From Candidatus Heimdallarchaeota archaeon (GTDB lineage Archaea; Asgardarchaeota; Heimdallarchaeia; Heimdallarchaeales; Heimdallarchaeaceae), in NCBI GenBank assembly GCA_016840095.1, contig JAEOSZ010000042.1:1-22454 (forward strand): a stretch of DNA of 22,454 bases. Reading direction: 5' to 3'. The translations under genes and the position numbers were made by a program. The notes below the pieces were generated by a model, which was given only the letters and a program-made list of their open reading frames with translations, was not told the origin of the DNA and did not search any database. Positions 1-6,991 of the stretch are shown here, piece after piece. How positions within the stretch are numbered: the first letter of the stretch is position 1; the number at the start of each line of letters is the position of its first letter.

Positions 1-1989
1 CATTGAAGCACCAGAGATGTTATAAGATCCATCAAATTCTGCCTTTGACCAGTTTCTGATAGGCATATCTCCATACATATCTATTGCAACATCAACATTT
101 CCGGCAGTACCTAAATCTCTTAACATTTCAGCTGCAAAATCCTCTTTTATATCTTCATAAGCTGCTCGAGATACTTCTTTAAACCTTGTTGGGAGGTTGA
201 AATCTTTATATGTACCTTTAACAGCAATAGCTTTGAGGTTTTTTGATCCCATGACTGCTCCAAGACCTGTTCTTCCAGCAGCTCTTGCTCCATCATTCAT
301 AATGGAAGCAAACCTAACAAGATTTTCTCCAGCGAGTCCAATACATGCGATTTTGAAAGTCCTGTCATCTAAGTCTTTTAGAAGATTCTTTTGAGTTTCA
401 TAAACACCTAAACCCCAATATTGAGTCGCATCAATTATCTCAACTTTCTGATCTTCAATTTTTAGAAATACTGGTGAATCTGATGCTCCTTCTATTATGA
501 TTCCATCGTAACCTGCAAATTTCAAATGTGGTCCAAAGAAACCTCCTGAATTAGCTTCACCCCAGAATCCCGTCAATGGTGACCTTGAGCATACAGAATA
601 CCTACCTGAACATGAAGTAGGTAGTCCAGTTAATGGACCAGTCATAAATATCAAAGGATTATTAGGTGATAAGGGTGCAACATTGGAACCTCTAACAATA
701 TTATAATAATAATATGCTCCTAATCCACTCCCCCCAACGAATTTCTTAGCTCCATCAAAGTCTAAAGGTTCTTGAGTTATTTGTTTAGTAGTTAAATTGA
801 CTCTCAAAATAACTTCTCTATAACCTCCTGTTATCTCGCCTAACATATCGGAAAAAATACTCCTTAAAGCTTCAGTTGTTATCTCTCTTGGATTTACAAT
901 TGAACCTGTATCGTTTAAAGCAAAATCACTAAGAAGTTGCATGTTATCTTCAAGTATCTTTTCGTTGACTCCAAAACTTCGCAAAGAAGTTCTAAGACCA
1001 ATTTCCTCTATTAACTCTTCTACTCTTTCTATTAGTTTCTCTGCTCCTTGTTTAACTGATTTAAACTCAATTCCAATGGCATGTGCAATCTCTGAATAAT
1101 GTTTTGCAGTTTTTTCTTCTTCTAAACAGAATTTCATCATGTGAGGTAAAGCAACAGCAATAATCTCGCCATGAGGTATCTTAAGTACGGCTCCAACAGA
1201 ATGAGCAATCGAATGTGTTCCTCCTATTTGACTATTACCGATTGCTATTCCAGCCATTGTTGCAGCATTGTGCATTTTTTCTCTGTTCTCAATATTCTGA
1301 CCATCTTTCACAGCTTTAGGTAGATATTCAAAAACTAACTTAATTGCTTGTATAGCCATCGCATCTGCAAAATCATTCTTCCAATCAATAGTGTAAGCTT
1401 CTATTGCATGAGCAAGAACATCCATACCAGTTGATGCTGTAAGTTCTGGAGGAAGTTTTATCGTTAGCGATGGATCAACAATATCGATGTCAGGAATTAA
1501 ATCTCTATGTCCTACAGATAGCTTCTGTTTGGTTTCTGGGTCAGTAATTACAATAGCCCAATTGGCATCCGAACCAGTACCACTTGTAGTTGGTACTGTA
1601 GCTAATTTAGCTTTATTTCTAAGTGGTAGCGGATCTTCAGGAAAAACACTATCGATACTCATTTCAGGATTTTCATAATAAACCCATATAGCTTTTGCAC
1701 AATCCATTACTGATCCTCCACCAATTGCAACAATCCAGTCTACTTGGTTTTGCTCTGCAATTTCAGCACCAGCTTTTGCCATTGGAATTGAAGGTTCATA
1801 GGAAACTTGATCAAAGATAGTTATCTTGAAGTCATTCTTCTCTAAAATTTCAATTGCTTTTTGAGGAATACCAAGATTAAGTAGTACTTCATCAGTTACA
1901 ATAAGTGCACTTTTCCCATGTATCTTGTTTAGCTCATCAATTGAATCTTCTCCAAAGACAATTTTGCGAGGAGCACAATAAAACCACAT
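1..1989 (-). CDS. Fusion: N-terminal iron-containing alcohol dehydrogenase + C-terminal aldehyde:ferredoxin oxidoreductase (AOR family); truncated at window start
   Basis: Manual translation from ATG at 1989 is open to position 1 (663 codons; absent from the ORF track because there is no stop in the window). Fe-ADH motifs: PRKIVFG, AIGGGSVMDCAK, VPTTSGTGSD, GMDVLAHAIE, HSIAH, IPHG, NPRE. In the same frame, AOR motifs: GGYREVILRVNLT, SPLTGFWGEANSGG, LKFAGYDGIIIEG, GENLVRFASIMND, RAAGRTGLGAVMGSKNLKAI. Confidence 0.92.
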   Translation of the reverse strand, partial: MWFYCAPRKIVFGEDSIDELNKIHGKSALIVTDEVLLNLGIPQKAIEILEKNDFKITIFDQVSYEPSIPMAKAGAEIAEQNQVDWIVAIGGGSVMDCAKAIWVYYENPEMSIDSVFPEDPLPLRNKAKLATVPTTSGTGSDANWAIVITDPETKQKLSVGHRDLIPDIDIVDPSLTIKLPPELTASTGMDVLAHAIEAYTIDWKNDFADAMAIQAIKLVFEYLPKAVKDGQNIENREKMHNAATMAGIAIGNSQIGGTHSIAHSVGAVLKIPHGEIIAVALPHMMKFCLEEEKTAKHYSEIAHAIGIEFKSVKQGAEKLIERVEELIEEIGLRTSLRSFGVNEKILEDNMQLLSDFALNDTGSIVNPREITTEALRSIFSDMLGEITGGYREVILRVNLTTKQITQEPLDFDGAKKFVGGSGLGAYYYYNIVRGSNVAPLSPNNPLIFMTGPLTGLPTSCSGRYSVCSRSPLTGFWGEANSGGFFGPHLKFAGYDGIIIEGASDSPVFLKIEDQKVEIIDATQYWGLGVYETQKNLLKDLDDRTFKIACIGLAGENLVRFASIMNDGARAAGRTGLGAVMGSKNLKAIAVKGTYKDFNLPTRFKEVSRAAYEDIKEDFAAEMLRDLGTAGNVDVAIDMYGDMPIRNWSKAEFDGSYNISGASM

Positions 1990-2024
1990 AATGGTATAAA
2001 ACAAAAATAGTACTAAAAAAAGTT

Positions 2025-2435
2025 TTAGAGAAATTCTGTCTCTACTTCTTGTGCGGAATTAACGAGTTCCATAGCTGCTTTAGCTGCTCGCATAACTTTA
2101 CCTTTGTTTCCTTTGAGTTTAAACTTCCCAGTAAGAATTCCTTTTATTGGATCAATATCTCCATTGATAACTTTGAGCCAATTTGAATATGTTCCTGAAT
2201 ACTCGAATTCGGTTGTTGGAAGTTCATGTCCATCTTCAAAATAGTCAACACTTCTACAATCTCCATGCCAAAGATCTAAGTAGTAGATTTGTTTTTTATC
2301 CAACTTTTCATCAGGTTCAATTACGAATAGAAAGTCACCTTCCCATGTTCTGGCAGCCTCTTTGTAAGCTTGAGAGTTGTTCACTACATCCATAAATTGT
2401 TCTATCCATTCTTTGCTAGGAAATTTTATTACCAT
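2025..2435 (-). CDS. SCP2 sterol/lipid-binding domain protein
   Basis: FPSKEW N-terminus, WEGDFLF, and W..VINGDIDPIKGILTGKFKLKG, typical of prokaryotic SCP2 proteins; ends 35 nt upstream of the ADH-AOR gene on the same strand. Confidence 0.88.
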   Translation of the reverse strand: MVIKFPSKEWIEQFMDVVNNSQAYKEAARTWEGDFLFVIEPDEKLDKKQIYYLDLWHGDCRSVDYFEDGHELPTTEFEYSGTYSNWLKVINGDIDPIKGILTGKFKLKGNKGKVMRAAKAAMELVNSAQEVETEFL

Positions 2436-2463
2436 TTATTAACCCCGTTCAGTTAAATCCCTA

Positions 2464-2499
2464 TTGAGTAGTTCTATTGCTCAAAAACTTGTTTTTAAA
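2464..2499 (-). promoter_or_regulatory. Putative TATA box (TTTAAAAA, 2499-2492) and downstream inverted repeat TTGAG-N11-CTCAA (2464-2484) for the SCP2/ADH-AOR operon
   Basis: The inverted repeat is visible between the TATA-like element and the SCP2 start; function is inferred from position. Confidence 0.4.
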
Positions 2500-2590
2500 G
2501 CTTTATTTCATACAAATATAACAAAGCAAAAGTCTCTTTTTTGCACAACTCATTTAAGATATAAGATGTATAGTATTTTAAGGTGGTTTA

Positions 2591-3370
2591 GTGGCTCAGC
2601 TTATGGGAATTAACTGTGAAAATGAGATAGAAATCGATTTTTCGTTTAAAGGTTCCGCAGCAGTTTCAGGGAAAAATCCTGATGGTTGGGGTTATGCATA
2701 TTTTAAGAATGATAGCTGGATGATTTTCAAGGAACCTTTCACTGAGAATCAATTTGAATTGAAAGATTTCCAATTAAACTTTCCAACAAATTTCTATAGC
2801 AACAATCTAATTTCTCATATCCGTTTCGCCTCTAAAGGAAACAAAACAATGGAAAACACTCATCCATTTGAATTGGAGTTGTTTGATAAGAATTGGGCTT
2901 TTGCTCATTCTGGTCATTTGACAATTTATAAACATGTGTTGAGATATTCTGAAGGTATAGAACCTAAGGGAGATACTGATTCAGAAGAAGTGTTTTGCAC
3001 TATTTTGACTGAAATAAAGAATTTAGGTCATTTAGTGAGAGATAAGGAAATTGCTATCAAAATAGAAAAAACAACAAAGGAATTAGCTAAGGAAGGTGGA
3101 ATGAACTTTGTTCTTTCAGATGGAGAGTTTTTGTATGCTTATTATTCTGGATACAAATCTCTTTATTATACTGAATTAAGACCTCCTTTCGATAAAAATA
3201 TTGTAGGTGAAGATAATCAATTATGGTTCACTCTTTTTGTCAAAGATATAGATGTGCAAATTGGAATTGTTGCATCCGAACAAATTATTCCTGAAGTTGA
3301 ATGGAAAGAACTTCAAATGAATACACTTTATGCATTTACAAATGGGAAAAGAACTAAATTTCTTATCTAG
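2591..3370 (+). CDS. Class II glutamine amidotransferase-like (YafJ/EgtC/GATase_4 family), catalytic Cys absent
   Basis: NPDGWG, SHIRFAS.G...NTHPF, FAHSG, GDTDSE, NFVLSDG and VASE motifs; GTG start with an AGGTGG SD at 2581. Confidence 0.85.
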   Translation: MAQLMGINCENEIEIDFSFKGSAAVSGKNPDGWGYAYFKNDSWMIFKEPFTENQFELKDFQLNFPTNFYSNNLISHIRFASKGNKTMENTHPFELELFDKNWAFAHSGHLTIYKHVLRYSEGIEPKGDTDSEEVFCTILTEIKNLGHLVRDKEIAIKIEKTTKELAKEGGMNFVLSDGEFLYAYYSGYKSLYYTELRPPFDKNIVGEDNQLWFTLFVKDIDVQIGIVASEQIIPEVEWKELQMNTLYAFTNGKRTKFLI

Positions 3371-3384
3371 TTGAGATGAGACAA

Positions 3385-3822
3385 ATGAGGATTTGGTCAC
3401 TCCATCCAAAATATCTAGATGCAAAAGGATTAGTAGCTGTTTGGAGAGAATCTTTACTTGCTCAAAAAGTTCTAGAAGGAAAAACTAAGGGATACAAAAA
3501 TCATCCACAATTGAACAGGTTTAAAACCAGTAATCGACCAATAGAATCTATTGGATGTTATTTATCTCACATCTATGAAGAATCTTCCAAAAGAGATTAT
3601 AATTTCGATAAAAACAAAATACAAAATTTCTCTCTATGTGAAAAATTTATATCTGTTACTGAAAGACAAATGAAATTCGAGTTAAAACATCTTTTATCTA
3701 AGTTAGCAGTTAGAGACAATGAATTGTTCCAGACCTTAAAAAATATCAGAAAAATAGAACCTCATCCTCTATTCAAAGTAGTAGATGGAGATATTGAGAA
3801 TTGGGAGATTTTTGAAAAATAA
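3385..3822 (+). CDS. Pyrimidine dimer DNA glycosylase / T4 endonuclease V-like family protein
   Basis: MRIWSLHPKYLDAKGLVAVWRE.LLAQKVL.GKTKGYKNHPQL signature. The family N-terminus suggests the ATG at 3385 rather than 3376. Confidence 0.85.
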   Translation: MRIWSLHPKYLDAKGLVAVWRESLLAQKVLEGKTKGYKNHPQLNRFKTSNRPIESIGCYLSHIYEESSKRDYNFDKNKIQNFSLCEKFISVTERQMKFELKHLLSKLAVRDNELFQTLKNIRKIEPHPLFKVVDGDIENWEIFEK

Positions 3823-3914
3823 CTTGTAATTTTAGATAAGTTAAAACATAATTCTGAAACTATCAAATTAAATGTGTAAAAATTCTTAAATTACAGTGTA
3901 TTAGAACAAATTCC

Positions 3915-5024
3915 ATGAATTCAGAAATAAACCTGAGAAGTGAAGAGAAGAAGCCATTCAAAAAACGTTATCTTGATTGGGTCATAGTATTGTTTTTCTT
4001 CATCAATTTTATATTTATTACATATATTGTTGATATAGAGCAGCTAGTTATCAAAGATCCAGCAACATGGGTTTCTGGACCTGGATGGCCTCCAGACTTC
4101 TTTATTCAAATTATTCATAATTATGGAACTAATATAGATCCTTTGCAATTTGCCAGACCAACTTGGTGGAAGGCTACTATTTGGGTGGATGTCTTGTATT
4201 TTGGTCCTTATTATCTCGTTGGAATGTATGCATTCATTAGAGGAAAAAGATGGATACGAATCCCAAGTTTTATTTGGAGTGGTGCAATGTTCATCAATGT
4301 TACCACTATCATGGGTGAAGAATTTTTTGGACCACATCAAGCTATCAAAATGTGGTTAGTAGTTCTCTTGAATTTGCCATGGTGGTCATTTCCATTCATA
4401 GTTACGGCAAGATTATGGAATCCTTATCCGTTCCATAAAAAATTACCAAAACAAAAGGATGAAGATAGCACACCTTTGAGACCAGAATCAGAAGCAAGTC
4501 AATCATTACCTCTTAAGAAGAGATGGTATGATATTCTAATCATTGCTTGGTTTCTAATTAATGTGATATTCATAATTTATATTATTGATTTAGAGCAGAT
4601 AGTGATAAAAGATCCATCAAGTTTTACTTATCCTGGATGGCCCCCAGCATTTATGGTAAATGCAATACACTGGTGGGGTTCTAATTTTGACCCTGTTTTG
4701 ATGGTCAGAGGTGTTTGGTATAAAACCTTGATTTGGATAGACGTTATCATGTTTGGCCCATACTATATAGCAGCTACTTATGCATTCATTAAAAAGAAGA
4801 AATGGATAAGAATTCCAACAATACTTTATGCGGCTCTTATAGTAGAAAATTTGATTATTATCTTAACAGAAGCATTTTTCGGTCCGAACAAAACCACAAC
4901 TCCAGGAATTTATCTGGCAGCTTACTTACCTTATATGTTGGTTCCAATACTCATTGGTATTAGAATGATTCTGAAGCCTGATCCTTTTGCTAAAGGAACA
5001 ATTCTAAAAAGAAAGAAACAGTAA
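3915..5024 (+). CDS. Membrane protein with two tandem EXPERA (EBP/TMEM97/TM6SF-like) domains
   Basis: Internal duplication (KKR..D...IN..FI.YI.D.EQ.VIKDP...PGWPP...DP...W.K..IW.DV..FGPYY....YAFI..K.WIRIP...E.FFGP...LP....P.....R...P.PF), about 4 TM helices per repeat, joined by a charged linker. Confidence 0.8.
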   Translation: MNSEINLRSEEKKPFKKRYLDWVIVLFFFINFIFITYIVDIEQLVIKDPATWVSGPGWPPDFFIQIIHNYGTNIDPLQFARPTWWKATIWVDVLYFGPYYLVGMYAFIRGKRWIRIPSFIWSGAMFINVTTIMGEEFFGPHQAIKMWLVVLLNLPWWSFPFIVTARLWNPYPFHKKLPKQKDEDSTPLRPESEASQSLPLKKRWYDILIIAWFLINVIFIIYIIDLEQIVIKDPSSFTYPGWPPAFMVNAIHWWGSNFDPVLMVRGVWYKTLIWIDVIMFGPYYIAATYAFIKKKKWIRIPTILYAALIVENLIIILTEAFFGPNKTTTPGIYLAAYLPYMLVPILIGIRMILKPDPFAKGTILKRKKQ

Positions 5025-5040
5025 TCTAAGTAAGACATTA

Positions 5041-5061
5041 CTTCTTTTTCTCCTTTTTTTT
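5041..5061 (+). terminator. Oligo-T archaeal terminator
   Basis: CTTCTTTTTCTCCTTTTTTTT 16 nt after the EXPERA gene stop. Confidence 0.6.
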
Positions 5062-5103
5062 GCACAAACTTCATTTAGTAGAATAACCTAATGTTTTGGT
5101 ACT

Positions 5104-6042
5104 ATGAAGAAAATAAAAATTACACTTACAATTGTTCTAGGAATATTAATGACATCTGTTTTAGTTTCCAATGTTTCCAATGCTATACTTGCCTCAGATG
5201 TACTTGAGGTTGGTGCCTCTAGTTATGTAGAGGGAGAGTTATATCTAGATACAGCTGTTGCAGCAGACAAGTTACAAGCATATGTCACTATTGCTGTTAC
5301 TAGAATATTCAATCCTGGGGGTATACTTGATCAAGTCATCGAATTTGAAATAAAGATAAGACCTGTGGAACCTTATGGGTTTGGAATTCTTGATGATCCA
5401 ACTGATATTATTTTAAAATTCCTAGTTTTCACTAACAATAGAACTACAATAATACTTGCAGAACTATTTGTTCAAAATGCTACTGAATCAATCGAAATGA
5501 CTGTGCTACACGAAACAGATTATTTTGCAATGCTAAAACCAGAAAATAGAAAGATAACATTTGCAAACGGAACTACCGCAATAGCCGGATCACTCGACAC
5601 TGCTGATCCTAAATATCTATTACTAGAGCAATTTAGTGATATATCTAATGATTTCTTATTCTGGCACAAATTCACTATACTTGCAATATCTCCAACTGCT
5701 GTATTGGGAGATGATATAAGTTATGATCCCACTCTAGGTGAAGTTATTGGAACTCCAGCAGTTACTACTTGTGAAGATGATTCGTATGATTCTATTCTTG
5801 TTGAATATTATAATACAGGTCTTTTCAACAAAATGGGTGATGCGTATGAAGTTCATGCATACTACGAAGCTGCTTCTGGCTTGTTAATTCAGATTTATGA
5901 ATTCATTGAGCAAGGTACTGTCACATGGAAATTCATTCCTTGTAGACTAAACACAGTTGTTGTACCATTTCCAACAATATCAGTGATAGCAAGTTTAGCT
6001 GTAATAGGTTTAATTATTGTATTTATTAGAAGGAAGAAATAA
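5104..6042 (+). CDS. Secreted cell-surface protein with a C-terminal membrane anchor (CTERM-like)
   Basis: N-terminal signal peptide (MKKIKITLTIVLGILM...SNA), acidic beta-rich body, C-terminal VPFP + hydrophobic helix + RRKK. Confidence 0.75.
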   Translation: MKKIKITLTIVLGILMTSVLVSNVSNAILASDVLEVGASSYVEGELYLDTAVAADKLQAYVTIAVTRIFNPGGILDQVIEFEIKIRPVEPYGFGILDDPTDIILKFLVFTNNRTTIILAELFVQNATESIEMTVLHETDYFAMLKPENRKITFANGTTAIAGSLDTADPKYLLLEQFSDISNDFLFWHKFTILAISPTAVLGDDISYDPTLGEVIGTPAVTTCEDDSYDSILVEYYNTGLFNKMGDAYEVHAYYEAASGLLIQIYEFIEQGTVTWKFIPCRLNTVVVPFPTISVIASLAVIGLIIVFIRRKK

Positions 6043-6044
6043 AC

Positions 6045-6062
6045 CTTCTTTCTTTTTTCTCT
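6045..6062 (+). terminator. Oligo-T/pyrimidine terminator
   Basis: Pyrimidine/T tract immediately after the stop at 6042. Confidence 0.55.
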
Positions 6063-6115
6063 ATTCTTTAGTTTTTGCAAATTCTTTATAAATAAGTTCT
6101 GAAACTGAAAAGAAC

Positions 6116-6982
6116 ATGAAAATCAAGCTAATAACAGATGGTTCTTCTACAATGCCTCTGGAGATGATGAAGAAAGAGAATATTGGTTTTCTTGAATCTA
6201 TGGTAGTTATTTATGAGAAATTCTATAGAGAGCTAACAGAAATGGATTTTGAAGACTTTGTAGGTAAATTATATAATTATGATCCATATCCAACTACTAC
6301 TCAAGTTACACCTGAGGATGCTTTAAACGAATTTAAGAAGGCAGTTGACGAAGGATATGATGAAATATTATATCTTGGTTTGACACCTAAGGTTTCTAGT
6401 CAAATGAACGTTGCTCGTCTTGCAGCTAAAACATTAAAGAAGCAAATCAAAATTCACATATATCCAACTGATCTAAATTGTGGATCTCAAGGTGCGATGA
6501 CTTATAATGCTTGGAAGCTTCTTAAGAAAGGAAAATCAGCTGAAGAAATTATGGAATACCTTGATAGCATAAAAGAACAAGTATATACAATTGGTTTAAC
6601 TGAGGATGTAAAAACACTTTTCAAAACTGGAAGAGTAAAAAGAGGTTCTATTAAGGGAATAATGGTGTCTCTTCTCAAAATGAAACCAATTGCTCATCTA
6701 ACTGTAGAAGACGGTTGGCTGGGTTATGGAGCTAGTACAAGTTACGATGGTGCAATCAAGAAAATGGTTGCTGAGATAGAATCAAGAACAGATCCTAAAA
6801 TAGAGTATAATCTTTTCATGTCAGATGCTGTTAATAGAGAGTTAGTCAAAGTATATGCTGAGGAAATTCAAAAAGTAAGAAATATCAAGGAAGTACATTA
6901 TTGGAATATGTCTCCCGTACAAGCTCTTACTTCAGGTAAGAAGGCAACTATTGCAACAATAGCACCAGTTGTTGAAGAGTAA
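6116..6982 (+). CDS. DegV family fatty-acid-binding protein (FakB-like)
   Basis: MKIKLITDGSS, PTTTQVTP, GYDEIL, KVSSQ, LFKTGRV and LLKMKPI match DegV motifs; typical length of about 285 aa. Confidence 0.9.
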   Translation: MKIKLITDGSSTMPLEMMKKENIGFLESMVVIYEKFYRELTEMDFEDFVGKLYNYDPYPTTTQVTPEDALNEFKKAVDEGYDEILYLGLTPKVSSQMNVARLAAKTLKKQIKIHIYPTDLNCGSQGAMTYNAWKLLKKGKSAEEIMEYLDSIKEQVYTIGLTEDVKTLFKTGRVKRGSIKGIMVSLLKMKPIAHLTVEDGWLGYGASTSYDGAIKKMVAEIESRTDPKIEYNLFMSDAVNRELVKVYAEEIQKVRNIKEVHYWNMSPVQALTSGKKATIATIAPVVEE

Positions 6983-6991
6983 ATATGAGTC

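Noticed and set aside
197-2395. Short + strand ORFs 197..394, 1487..1678 and 2183..2395
   Set aside because: Antisense shadows of the ADH-AOR and SCP2 genes, with no motifs.
3385-3822. Endonuclease V-like gene as evidence of a provirus
   Set aside because: The family is widespread in cellular genomes and no viral genes are nearby.
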